Source: an uncultured Acidobacteriota bacterium
GTDB taxonomy: Bacteria > Acidobacteriota > Polarisedimenticolia > JACPZX01 > DASXTC01
Direction of reading: 5' to 3'
Assembly (NCBI GenBank): GCA_963806495.1
Contig: CAWDYA010000007.1
Span: 371,945 to 435,944 of the forward strand
Length of the DNA: 64,000 nucleotides
Shown piece after piece: positions 49,979 to 60,269 of this stretch (positions within the stretch are counted from its first letter, which is position 1; the number at the start of each line of letters is the position of its first letter). The notes under the pieces are model-generated. The model was not told the DNA's origin. It saw only the letters and a list, made by a program, of their open reading frames with translations, and did not search any database. The position numbers and the translations under genes were made by a program.

Positions 49979-51607
49979 ATGGATGAGCGGCGGCGCGCGC
50001 CCGAGCTGATCGCCGCGGTTGCGATCGTGCTCGTCGCTGGGCTGTTGCGATTCTGGGCGCCCGGCTCTGTCGGCATCGAGCACTACGACGAAGGTGTCTA
50101 CGTGATCAGCGCCTTCGATCTGTCCGAGCCAGGGATGGGACACCGGCTCTATCCCGATCAGATGTTCTTCTCGCCTCCGTTGTACGTCGCGCTCGTCGCT
50201 CTGGCGCACGCGATGGTCGGCGGCTCCCTCGACCGGGTCGCCGTGCTGGTGAGCGCGCTGTTCGGGACGCTCACCGTCGGGCTCCTCTGGTGGATCGGTC
50301 GGAGCTGGTTCGGGTCGGCCGCAGGGCTGGCGGCCGCGGCAATGCTGGCGCTGAGCGACTTTCACATCGCACTGTCCCGCGCGGCGCTGACCGATGTCAC
50401 GTTCGCGTTCTTCCTGCTCGCGGCGGTCGCGCTGATCGTCGGCGCCTTCGACCGCGACAGCCTTCTTCTCGCGGCTCTGGCGGGTCTGTGTACGGGGCTC
50501 GCCTGGAACACGAAGTACCACGGCTGGCTGGCGGTGGCGTTGGGCCTGGTCGCCTGGGCAGGTTTCGTCCTGTGGCGCAGACAGCCGGTCGGGTGGCGGA
50601 GGGCGGCCGCGGCCTGGGGGATCATCGGTGGCATCGCGCTGGTGTCGTACCTCCCCTGGGCGGTATGGGTGCAGCGCCAGCCGGGAGGCTACGCGGCGCT
50701 CACCGCCTGGCAGGGGGCGTTTCTCGACTTCCGCTGGAGCGCGAACCTCCTGCGGCACGCGCGCGAGCAGATCTTCCTCGACGGGCGGCTCACCGATGTC
50801 TCGGTGATGATCGCGGCCGGCTTGGCTTTCGTGGCCATGCCGGGGCGCCGGCCCGGCTACAGGACGGCGTCGATTCTCGGTGCGATCGCGCTGCTGAGCT
50901 GGCTGGCAGGAGGCTGGGTCGCCATGCTCGCGGCCGGGGCGGCGGGGGCGGTGGCGCTCGCGGCGCGACCGGACCATCTGTCCTCCTGGCTTGCCGGGGC
51001 GTGGCTGGTCGTCTTCGCGGCCCTGACGCCGCTCTACTTTCCGTATGCCCGGCTGTTCCTGCCGATCACCGTCATCGGATGTCTGCTTTCAGGGCTGGCG
51101 CTCTCGGTACTCGCGGCGAGCGGTCAGGCGCGACCCTCGGGGGCACGCGCTGCGGCCTCCGGCTGTATTGCTGTTGCGATCGTGGTCGGACTGCTCCCGC
51201 GGCCGTCGGGGCCGGCCCGCGATCCTCTCCGACCCGCGCGCGGAGCGGCCGAGGCCGCGTCGCTGATGTCTCATCTGATACCGCTCGGCAGTCGCGTGAA
51301 GGTGATCGAGGAGCCGCCCGTCGCCTGGTACCTCTACGGGCTGGGATTCGATACGCTGCGCGACGTTCAGGACAAGGTGATCCCCGCGGGGGAGACCGAG
51401 CCGGTCTACGTGGTGACCGGTTTCTACGGTGACGCAGGCCTCGAGAGGCTCGGAGGACGGGTGCGGCTGCTGGGGCGGTTTCCCTTCCGTCCGAAGGACC
51501 TGCGTCTGCTCGACGACCTCAGGCCGCCGTTTCCAGAGGACGCCGTGGTCGCCGAGCCGGGCCGGCACGACCTGATGCTGTACGAGCTTGCCCCGGCCGT
51601 GCCTTAG
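49979..51607 (+). CDS. GT39/GT83-like (ArnT/PMT-type) integral-membrane glycosyltransferase
   Basis: 542 aa; about 11 hydrophobic helices, 'HYDEGVYVISAFDL' first loop with DE motif, 'WNTKYHGW'; periplasmic C-terminal domain. Confidence 0.75.
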   Translation: MDERRRAPELIAAVAIVLVAGLLRFWAPGSVGIEHYDEGVYVISAFDLSEPGMGHRLYPDQMFFSPPLYVALVALAHAMVGGSLDRVAVLVSALFGTLTVGLLWWIGRSWFGSAAGLAAAAMLALSDFHIALSRAALTDVTFAFFLLAAVALIVGAFDRDSLLLAALAGLCTGLAWNTKYHGWLAVALGLVAWAGFVLWRRQPVGWRRAAAAWGIIGGIALVSYLPWAVWVQRQPGGYAALTAWQGAFLDFRWSANLLRHAREQIFLDGRLTDVSVMIAAGLAFVAMPGRRPGYRTASILGAIALLSWLAGGWVAMLAAGAAGAVALAARPDHLSSWLAGAWLVVFAALTPLYFPYARLFLPITVIGCLLSGLALSVLAASGQARPSGARAAASGCIAVAIVVGLLPRPSGPARDPLRPARGAAEAASLMSHLIPLGSRVKVIEEPPVAWYLYGLGFDTLRDVQDKVIPAGETEPVYVVTGFYGDAGLERLGGRVRLLGRFPFRPKDLRLLDDLRPPFPEDAVVAEPGRHDLMLYELAPAVP

Positions 51608-51608
51608 C

Positions 51609-52776
51609 CTACAACGACCTCAGCCGCCGGCAGGCCTCCGCGAGATCGTGCTCCGTCTTGGCGAAGCAGAACCTCACCTGGTTGCGGCCGTCCTGGGGAT
51701 CGGCGTAGAAGGAGGAGCCCGGCACCGAGCTCACCCCCGCGCGCGACAGCAGCAGGGCCGCTGCCTCCGCGTCCGAGGCGCATCCCAGCCGCGAGACGTC
51801 CGCCAGCAGGTAGTACGACCCCTGGGGGCGGATGACCCCCAGACCGGCCGCCTCGCAGGCGCCCGACAGGGCGTCGAGCTTGGCGGCGTACGACCGGCCC
51901 AGCTCGCGGTAGTAGGAGTCGGGCAGCCCGAAGGCCGCCACGACAGCGTGCTGCAGCGGTGTGGGCGCGCAGATGTACAGCAGGTCGTTCAGGACTCCCA
52001 TACGCGCGGTGAGCTCGCGCCGGGCCACGGCGTAGCCGAGCCGCCAGCCGGTCATGCTGAAGGTCTTGGAGAACCCCGAGAGGGTAATGGTGGAGATCCT
52101 CCATTCCCGGCAGTGAGGCGAGGCTGACGTGGCGGTTGCCGTCGTACAGGATGTACTCGTAGATCTCGTCCGTGAGGGCGATAACGCCCCACTTGTGGCA
52201 CAGCCCGCCGATCCGCTCCAGCTCCGACTTCGTGAACACCTTGCCGGAGGGGTTCGATGGCGTGTTGACCACCACCATCCGGGTGCGGGGGCCGAACGCC
52301 GCCTCGAGCTCCGCTTCGTCGAACCCCCACTGCGGCGGCCGCGTTCTGACGAACCGCGGCTCAGCCCCGCACATCTTCAGGATGTTCACATGGTAGGAGT
52401 AGAACGGGGAGAAGATCACCGCCTCGTCGCCCGGGTCGAGCAGGGCGAGACAGGCGATGGCGAAGCCCCCGGTGGAACCGACGGTGACGAGCACTTCGGT
52501 GTCCGGGTCGCAGGCGATCCCGTTGTACGACTTCATCTTGTCCGCGACGGCACGGCGCAGGTCGTCGACACCCTCGAACTTGGAGTAGATGTTCCGGTCG
52601 GAGCGGATCGCCTCCATCGCGGCGTCCTTGACCGGATCGGGAGTGGGCTGGTCGCAAATCCCCTGGCCGAGATTGATGCCGCCGGCCTTCTCGCACTCGC
52701 GGGACATGCGGCGTATGTCCGACTGGACGAGACCCTCGGCGCGGCGGGCGAACCTGATGCGGGGCGTGTCGGTCAT
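51609..52776 (-). CDS. Class I/II PLP-dependent aminotransferase (frameshifted)
   Basis: N-terminal part in ORF 51604..52776 ('VNTPSNPSGKV', 'DEIYEYI'); C-terminal part in ORF 51609..52055 ('ITLSGFSKTFSMTGWRLGY', 'VRFCFAK'). Frames join near 52050. Confidence 0.75.
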
Positions 52777-52953
52777 CGCACGACTATACTACATCGACCT
52801 CGGGGCACCTCTGGTTGGCGATGGCTACAAGACCCTGGCCGTGAGGGTTGCCGGCGCATGGCTACAGCCTCAACCTGACGGGTGGCCGTCGGGCTCGGCG
52901 CGGACTACGTCCGCACCGTCGCCAGCCGCAGGGTACCGTGCGGAGGACATGCT

Positions 52954-53154
52954 ATGAGCAATCGGCGCAACCCTGTCCTGACCTTCTTGGTCATAGGGTT
53001 CATGGGAGTCGTGGCCATCTCCAACATCGCCGGCAAACCCCGGTTCGAGACGTTTCACACGACGGACGTTCTGCAATTGGTTGGCGCCGGCATGTGCTTC
53101 GGTGTCGCCCTCGTTGCGCTGGTCAATGTCGTCCGCGGCCCGCGTTCGAGCTGA
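52954..53154 (+). CDS. Small two-helix membrane protein (66 aa)
   Basis: Part of ORF 52882..53154 from 'MSNRRNPVLTFLVIGFMGVVAISNIAG' with GGAGGA Shine-Dalgarno; two hydrophobic segments. Confidence 0.4.
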   Translation: MSNRRNPVLTFLVIGFMGVVAISNIAGKPRFETFHTTDVLQLVGAGMCFGVALVALVNVVRGPRSS

Positions 53155-53712
53155 CCCCGAATCCGATCCCTGTGCAATCAGGATACGCCCTGTGATGTGA
53201 GATGGGAGGCGGCTTGCGGGGAGTCCCCGAGCGCACGATGCAGCCCAAAACGCGAATGGAGCCGACGCGCCAAGCGAGCCTGTGGCGCGCGGCTCGTTTG
53301 CTAGGGGGGGCCGAAGACCGACAACGCCCCCCCCAGCGCGAGGTGCCCCTGCCGCCTCGCCGGATGGAGATCCCCCCTCGGCCTGCCCGAGCGAGCGACC
53401 AGGAAGGCAGGGAGACGCAGGCCTGGAACGGCCTGCCATGTTGGCCAACGGGGCCTTGGACAGGCGCACCTGAAGACTGCACGGGAGGCGAGCGAGGGTA
53501 GGGGGGCGGTGGCAGGTCCGTCCAGGTGCCTATTTCCGAAGGTCAGCGGAAGCGGTGGTCAACTACTTCTTGTCACCACCTGCTACCAGTTTGCTACCGA
53601 CTCGGCGTGAACGGGGGGCGGTTGGCCTCAACGTCGCGGCTCGGCGGATGGTGCCCTTCCTTCTGGCGAATGGCCCCGAGTCCGGCGGGGTCGGCCCCCC
53701 GACCAGACCACG

Positions 53713-53740
53713 TTGACAGGGGTCGACTCCGGGCTATAAT
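53713..53740 (+). promoter_or_regulatory. Consensus sigma70 promoter (TTGACA, 16-nt spacer, TATAAT)
   Basis: Both hexamers match consensus exactly; about 60 nt upstream of the outer-membrane protein start, which has a GAGGAG Shine-Dalgarno. Confidence 0.6.
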
Positions 53741-53801
53741 GCGACCTTTCCCGACACACTTTCGATGGACGTGCCCGCACGTAGCCACGAGGAGACATTA
53801 A

Positions 53802-54368
53802 ATGAGGAAGGCGCCCCTCTTCCTGACCTTGATAGCAAGCGTCATGTTCCTTCCTGCGGCCAACGCCAAGAACCGGGACCACTCCTACGAGTTCGGGCTG
53901 GGCTTTGCCCATGTGGACGCGGACAGCCATGAGGGGATCGACAACTCCACAGGCCCCACCATCCGTTTCGGCTACCACTTCTCCGCCAAGATCGAGGCGG
54001 AGGTCCATGCGGGCTGGAGCAGCACGCAGGTCTACGGCCATGATGCCGACTTCCTCCGGACGGCCGCCCTCATCACCGGCAACTTCCTCACCGACCGCGA
54101 GACCAATACGATCCCCTACGTTTCCGCCGGGCTGGGAGTCATCAACGAGACCATCAAGTCCTACAAGGACTCCAACGGTAACCAGGTCCTCGAATCGTTC
54201 GATTCCGCCGCCCTGCTCACCCTGGGCGTGGGCGCCCGCACCTTCTTCACCGATAACTGGGCCATCCGCTACGAGGGCCGGTACAACCACCATAACACCT
54301 TCGACATGAACCAGGACGAATACGTCGTCTCGGTGGCGGTGACCTGGATCGTCGGGGGAGAGAAGTAA
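53802..54368 (+). CDS. Small outer-membrane beta-barrel protein (OmpA-N/OmpW-like)
   Basis: 188 aa; signal peptide 'MRKAPLFLTLIASVMFLPAANA'; alternating aromatic/Gly strands ('FGLGFAHVD', 'IRFGYHF'); C-terminal 'VAVTWIVGG'. Confidence 0.75.
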   Translation: MRKAPLFLTLIASVMFLPAANAKNRDHSYEFGLGFAHVDADSHEGIDNSTGPTIRFGYHFSAKIEAEVHAGWSSTQVYGHDADFLRTAALITGNFLTDRETNTIPYVSAGLGVINETIKSYKDSNGNQVLESFDSAALLTLGVGARTFFTDNWAIRYEGRYNHHNTFDMNQDEYVVSVAVTWIVGGEK

Positions 54369-54817
54369 ATCACCCGAAGGTCTTGACAATCCCGCCACGG
54401 TCGGCGTAGAGTTCGCCCAACGCCACTGATCGTTTCGTACATGGACGAGAAACGGGGTCCCTGATCCTCCGTTCGAGTCACCTCAGACCGAACATTCGGT
54501 CGGGGAGGGGCACGATCGAAGGGTGGGGACGGATCCACATTGACTGCGCTGCAGAGACGGGGTATATAGCCGGAAGCCGCTGGTCAATTTCGAAGCGAAC
54601 CAACCCTGCCAGAGCTTCGACTATCAGTAACTGAGGATGACGATCGAGGGGGGCGTGTATCCCCCTCGTGAGAGAGTTCAGGTAAACCGTAACAACCATA
54701 GCTGCCGACGCGCTTTTTGCGGCGGCGGATGCTGACGTCCAGACCGGTGTCCGGACGCCCCGGAGTCGGGTCGAGCGGGGGTATGTCCCCCTCCGCCGGC
54801 GGGTCTCCGCAGAAGGA

Positions 54818-56716
54818 GTGGTCCAGGTGACGTTGGACAGAAAAGCCCACGCGCTTCTGATCCTCGACATCCTCGCGGTGTTCGGCACGGCCCTGGGCGC
54901 GAATTACCTGCGTTTCGACCAGGTCTATCCCGCGGAGTTCACCCACTTCAGCAAGTGGCTGCTCCTCGACATCGTCATCACACCGATCGTCTTCTATGCC
55001 ATGGGGCTGTACCGCAGCGTCTGGCGCTATGCGAGCATCGCCGACCTCAAGCTGATCACATACGCGGTGGGCACCCGCACGATCGTGCTCATCTCCCTCT
55101 TCATCTTCCTCGGATACGATCGCGGCGTGCCGCGCTCGACCACGATCCTCCAGGCGATACTCCTGCTCGGCGCGGTGGGCGGGATCCGGCTCTTCACGCG
55201 CGTCCAGCGTGAGAGGACCCAGCAGAAGAGCCTGAGGAAGAAGACACCGGTGCTGATCGTCGGCGCCGGCGACGCGGGTGAGATCATTCTCAGGGAGCTC
55301 AAGGGGAACACGACGCTGCCCTACAATCCAGTGGGCTTCGTCGATGACGACCCCAGCAAGTGGGGCGTCCGGATCCACGGCGTGCCGGTGCTTGGCGGCA
55401 CGAAGGACATCCCGATGATCGCGCCGCAACGGCATGTCAGCGCGGCGATCATCGCCATCCCCTCTGCTACCGGGCAGGAGCTCACCAGCATCTACCAGGC
55501 GTGTCGCGCGGCCGGCGTGCGAACCAAGACCGTGCCCCCGGTGAGCCAGCTTTTCGAGGGACGGCTGAGCCTGAGCCAGATCCGCAACGTCGAGCTCGAG
55601 GACCTGCTCGGGCGGGATCCGGTGAACGTCGAGATGGATGCGATCCGGACGACCCTCGGCGGCAAGCGCGTGCTGATCACCGGCGGCGCCGGCTCGATCG
55701 GACGCGAGCTGGCGAGGCAGGTGGCCGAGCTCGGTCCGGAGCGTCTGGTCGTTTACGATCGCAACGAGAACTCGATGTACTTCACCGAGATGGAGCTGCG
55801 CAAGCGGTTCCCCGCGGTCGCGATCGACTGTATCGTCGGCGACATCCTGGATCGCCCGAGGCTGGGCGAGGTGATGGAGAGCGCCGCGCCGCACGTCGTG
55901 TTCCATGCCGCCGCGTTCAAGCACGTGCCGATGATGGAGGTCAACGCCACCGAGGCCTTCAAGAACAACGTCTTCGGCACGCGCAACGTCGCGGAGAAGG
56001 CCGCCGAGCTGGGGGTGGAACGGTTCGTGCTCATCTCGACGGACAAGGCGGTCAACCCGATCAGCGTCATGGGCGGCACCAAGCGTCTCGCGGAGCTGGT
56101 GCTCCAGGAGATCCCGGGGACGACACGGTTCGTCTCGGTGCGGTTCGGCAACGTGCTCGGCAGCGACGGCTCGGTGATCCCCCTGTTCAAGAAGCAGATT
56201 GCCGAGGGGGGGCCGGTCACCGTCACCCACCCGGAGGTGTCGCGCTACTTCATGACCATCACCGAGGCGGTGCAGCTCGTGCTGCAGGCCGTGACGATGG
56301 GCACCGGCTCGGAGGTCTTCCTTCTCGACATGGGCAAGCCGATCAAGATCGTCGACCTGGCGAGAAACCTGATCGAGCTGTCCGGCTTCCGGCCGCACGA
56401 GGACATCGAGATCGTGTTCACCGGGCTGCGGCTTGGCGAGAAGCTCCACGAGGAGTTGTACTACCGCGGCGAGGCATGGCTCGACACGACGCACAAGAAG
56501 ATCCTCAAGTTCGGCAACGGGCATCATGCGCCGGCAGGCGTCCTCGCCAGGCTCAAGCTGATGGAGCACGCGCTGCTCAACTCTCCCGCCTCCGAGATGG
56601 ACGGTGTGGTGAGACGCGCTCTCGACGAGTTGATCCCCGAGTTCAAGGGTCCCAAGCCCAAGGACACCCGGGAGCCTCTGCCGGGTCGGCCTTCCGTTCG
56701 CGCCGCGTATATCTAG
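54818..56716 (+). CDS. Membrane-anchored NDP-sugar 4,6-dehydratase/epimerase (CapD/WbpM/PglF-like)
   Basis: 632 aa; N-terminal helices, Rossmann 'VLITGGAGSIGREL', 'FHAAAFKHVPMME', 'STDKAVNP'. The GTG at 54827 may be the real start (better spacing from the AAGGAG Shine-Dalgarno). Confidence 0.85.
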   Translation: MVQVTLDRKAHALLILDILAVFGTALGANYLRFDQVYPAEFTHFSKWLLLDIVITPIVFYAMGLYRSVWRYASIADLKLITYAVGTRTIVLISLFIFLGYDRGVPRSTTILQAILLLGAVGGIRLFTRVQRERTQQKSLRKKTPVLIVGAGDAGEIILRELKGNTTLPYNPVGFVDDDPSKWGVRIHGVPVLGGTKDIPMIAPQRHVSAAIIAIPSATGQELTSIYQACRAAGVRTKTVPPVSQLFEGRLSLSQIRNVELEDLLGRDPVNVEMDAIRTTLGGKRVLITGGAGSIGRELARQVAELGPERLVVYDRNENSMYFTEMELRKRFPAVAIDCIVGDILDRPRLGEVMESAAPHVVFHAAAFKHVPMMEVNATEAFKNNVFGTRNVAEKAAELGVERFVLISTDKAVNPISVMGGTKRLAELVLQEIPGTTRFVSVRFGNVLGSDGSVIPLFKKQIAEGGPVTVTHPEVSRYFMTITEAVQLVLQAVTMGTGSEVFLLDMGKPIKIVDLARNLIELSGFRPHEDIEIVFTGLRLGEKLHEELYYRGEAWLDTTHKKILKFGNGHHAPAGVLARLKLMEHALLNSPASEMDGVVRRALDELIPEFKGPKPKDTREPLPGRPSVRAAYI

Positions 56717-56766
56717 GGGAAAATTTTTTGGGTTCGATTGTTCATTTTCGTTCATTCTTCCTTGAC

Positions 56767-57459
56767 ATGAGGCGTTACGTGCCGTACATGACCGGTCCAT
56801 TCCATATCGATGCGAGGGGAGGGCTTCCGGCCGTGCTCTGTGCCGCCATGGTGCTGCTCGCGCCGCCGTCATGGACGGGTCTTCTCGCGGCTGCCCAGGA
56901 TGATGACCAGCAGGCGCAGGCCGTCGAGGGCGTCCCCGGGGCGACGCCGCCGAACGTGCTCGCGGCCGAGGCTGCATCCGACTATGTCATCGGGGTGGAG
57001 GATGTCCTCTACATCTCGGTGTGGAAGAACCCGGATCTGTCGCGCGAGGTGCCCGTGAGACCGGACGGCAAGATCACGCTGCCGCTCATCGACGACGTGG
57101 ACGCCGTCGGGCTGACGCCGTTGCAGCTCAAGGAGGAGCTGACGAAGCGGTGGAAGTCGTTCATCACGGCGCCCGAGGTCTCGGTCATCGTGACCCAGGT
57201 GAACAGCCTGAAGGTCTACATGGTGGGGGAGATCGCCAAGCCGGGGATCCTGGTGCTCAAGGGCAAGACGCGCCTGCTGCAGGCGATCTCGCTGGCCGGG
57301 GGCTTCACCAATTTCGCCGATCGTTCCAAGATCATCGTGCTGAGAGCCACGGGTAACAACGAGAAGCGGATGGAATTCAACTACAAGAAGATCGTGTCGG
57401 GCAGCCGGCCTGAGGACAACATCGTCCTCCTGCCGGGCGACACGGTCATCGTGCCGTGA
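56767..57459 (+). CDS. Polysaccharide export protein (Wza-like)
   Basis: 230-aa C-terminal part of ORF 55360..57459 from 'MRRYVPYM'; 'YVIGVEDVLYISVWKNPDLS' and SLBB-like 'VYMVGEIAKPGILVLKGKTRLLQAISLAGG'. The upstream 470 aa of the track ORF is artefact. Confidence 0.75.
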   Translation: MRRYVPYMTGPFHIDARGGLPAVLCAAMVLLAPPSWTGLLAAAQDDDQQAQAVEGVPGATPPNVLAAEAASDYVIGVEDVLYISVWKNPDLSREVPVRPDGKITLPLIDDVDAVGLTPLQLKEELTKRWKSFITAPEVSVIVTQVNSLKVYMVGEIAKPGILVLKGKTRLLQAISLAGGFTNFADRSKIIVLRATGNNEKRMEFNYKKIVSGSRPEDNIVLLPGDTVIVP

Positions 57460-57466
57460 GCGCGGC

Positions 57467-58761
57467 GTGCGCCCCGTGCGGATCGGCAAGGCATTCGGAG
57501 GGATCCTGATCGTGACCGCCGTCGTGGTGGCATCGGGCACAGGAGACCCGGCACGCGCGGACGTGTGGGATTTCCACGGCGGCGTGGGGCTCAATCTGGG
57601 CTACACCGAAAACCCCGGCTTCGTCAGCAAGACGAATCCCAACTACGATCCGAACTCGCCGGTCTGCAACCCCAGCGACCCCCTGTACGATCCGGGCGCG
57701 TCCGCCTGCCAGCAGACCACCCCGAGCGAGGCGCGGCGCGGCACGAGAAGCGGATCCCTGAGCTCTGAACGGGGGCCTGTCGGGCGCCTGGGCCACGACG
57801 TCGTTCGACGTGACCTACTCGCCGAGCCTGAACTACTACAAGCGGTTCTCGGGTCTGGACAATGCCAGCCACCGGCTCACCTCGAACTGGCGTCATGACT
57901 ATTCGCCGCGCGCCAGGTTGAGTCTCAGCGAACTGGTCACCTATACGCCGGAGCAGGACGTTGATCCGAACCGACTGAGCTCGAACACGGTTATCGTGCA
58001 GCGCACGACGACCACCATCAGCAACTTCCGCGGCGCGCTGGTGTTCGAAAAGAGTCACAAGACGACGCTCAACTGGACCTTCAGGTCCAACGAGCGTGCC
58101 TTCAGCTCCGACAACTACATCGACACCGGCGAGCAGGAGGCCGGCATGGAGTATCGTCGGATGCTCGGGCGCTTCAGCTCCTTCAACACCGGATATGACT
58201 TCGGCCTGTTCAACTACAAGGGACGGTACCCCGGGGCGGATCACCACAACGTCCACGTGGGGTACGGCTCTGGCCTTCGGCCCCGCCTTCCACGCCGGCG
58301 CCTGGGAGTCGGCTACAACGTGCTGGTGCCCGACGACCCTAACCAGAAGAACTCCGATGGTCTGTTCACCAATGCCACGGTCGGCTTCCACTCGGGTCCG
58401 ACTCGCGGGAACCTGGGATACTCACGGGGGATCCGTCAGGGGGGCGGCGTCTTCGCAGCGTCCCGGGCCGCAAACAGCTTCGGCAACATCCGCTGGGACA
58501 TGACTCCGCACCATCTATGCCGAGATGATGGCCACCTACAACGTCAACGAGCGGATCGCCGGCTCGACGGGCACCGCCCAGGCGAATGACACGGTCAGGA
58601 CCTTCAACGGACGGACCTCCCTCAGCTACCAGCTGGCGCAGGACTGGCGCCTCACTGCCTCGTTCACGCACTACAGGCAGAGCCGTCCTCCGAGTGTCTC
58701 GACCGCGCCCGACGTGAGGAGCAACCGGTACTGGCTCGGTGTCTCATGGAGCTATCGCTGA
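57467..58761 (+). CDS. Putative outer-membrane beta-barrel protein of the EPS export block (two or more frameshifts)
   Basis: Spread over ORFs 57467..57898, 57810..58589 and 58525..58761: signal-like 'MRPVRIGKAFGGILIVTAVVVASG', strand-like 'VTYSPSLNYYKRF', C-terminal 'RYWLGVSWSYR'. Stop overlaps the next start (TGATG). Confidence 0.5.
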
Positions 58762-60269
58762 TGGAGAACCTGATCAACATCCCGGCGTTGCTCAACAGCC
58801 TCAAGCGGCTCTGGTGGGTGCCCGATCCTGACGCTTGCTCGCCGGGATCGGGTTCTCCATCGACTTCGGCCGTAAGTTGCCGAAGATCTACCAGGCGAAC
58901 ACGCTGATCCTGGTCGAGCCGCAGAAGATCCCCACAAACTACGTCAAGCCGATCGTCACCACACCGATCGAGAACAGGCTGAAGACAATCCAGCAGCAGG
59001 TGACGAGCCGCAGCCGCATCGAGACGATCATCGAGTCGGAGAATCTGTACGCCAACCTGCGCGACAGGGTTCCGATGGAGGATCTGGTCGCACGCGTCAA
59101 CCGTGGTATCCGCCTGGAGGTGCGGGGGACGAGCACGTTCCGCATCTACTACGAGGATCGGGATCCCCTGGTCGCGGCGCGCGTTGCCAACGCCCTCGCG
59201 GAGCTGTTCATCAGCGAAAACGTCAACTCGCGCAAGGCCGAGGCCAAGAGCACGACCAGCTTCCTCGAGCAGCAGCTCGGCGAGAGCAAGACGAGCGCTC
59301 GAGCACCAGGAGAAGCTGATCACGGAGTTCAAGAAGACACATCTTGCCGAGCTGCCGACACAGCGGGACGTCAACTTCAGGATGCTGGAGGGGTTCCGCG
59401 CACGCCTGCAGACGACCATGGACGCCATCAGCAAGGAGGAGGACCGGAAGATCCTTCTCCAGTCCCAGCTCGCCGACCTGCCGCAAAGCGGCGCCACCAG
59501 CAAGCAGACGCTCGCCACGCAGCTCGAGGATCTCCGCAAGAAGCTGGTTGAGCTGCGCGGGATCTACACCGAGCAGCATCCCGAGGTCACGCTGGTCAAG
59601 CGGCAGATCGCGCAGCTCGAGCAGGATCTGACGGCCCAGCAGGCCGAGAAGGACCCGAACGCGGCTGCGCCCGCCGCGCCGTCTCTGCGCGAGCAGCAGC
59701 TCACGCAGCAGATCGCGGAAAGCGACCTGCGCCTCAAGGATCTGAAGCGCGACGCAGGCCGGCTGCAGAACGACATCCAGGACTACGAGAACCGGCTGGC
59801 CAACGCCCCGAAGAACGAGCAGGAGCTCCTGACGCTGCAACGCGACTACGACATCATGCAGCAGAGCTACCTCGAGCTGCTGCGCAACAAGACGCAGGCG
59901 GAGATGGCCGAGTCTCTCGAGCAGGAGAGGCAGGGCGAGCAGTTCGTCGTGCTCGACAAGGCGGTGCCTCCGGCGCGTCCCTACAAGCCCAACCTGACGC
60001 AGATCGTCGGGATCGGCTCCGCGATCGGATTCCTTGGCGGCATCGGCATCGCCTTCCTGTTCGACCTCCTGCGTCCGCGGTTCCGCACCGAGGACGAGCT
60101 GACGGCCGCCTACGGGATCCCGGTGCTGGTGAGCATCCCGTCGATTGTGGCCGATCGGCCGAGAAATGTGACGACGTGGAGCCGCAGGCTGCTGCTCGGG
60201 ACAGGGATCCTCGTCGCATTGATCACCGCCGTGGCCGTGATCGGTTTGATGACGGGGTGGGGCCGATGA
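58761..60269 (+). CDS. Polysaccharide chain-length determinant (Wzz/GumC-like) (frameshifted)
   Basis: ATG at 58761 ('MENLINIPALLNSLKRLWW'), continued in ORF 58835..59551 ('LAGIGFSIDF...KIYQANTLILVEPQ') and ORF 59103..60269 (coiled-coil region, C-terminal helix 'GIGSAIGFLGGIGIAFLF'). Frame changes near 58824-58837 and 59293-59298. Confidence 0.65.

Noticed and set aside
47153-50977. 1274-aa minus-strand ORF
   Set aside because: Low-complexity Arg/Gly/Pro/Asp composition; antisense to the clearly real TPR/peptidase-like and GT39-like genes. Typical high-GC antisense artefact.
53155-53801. RNase P RNA, tmRNA or another known structured RNA in the long non-coding region
   Set aside because: I could not find the conserved RNase P or tmRNA sequence blocks on either strand; left as unexplained non-coding DNA.
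54401-54412. ops-like antiterminator recruitment element (GGCGTAGAG) in the CapD leader
   Set aside because: It lacks one G of the GGCGGTAG core and I found no second copy; too weak to call.
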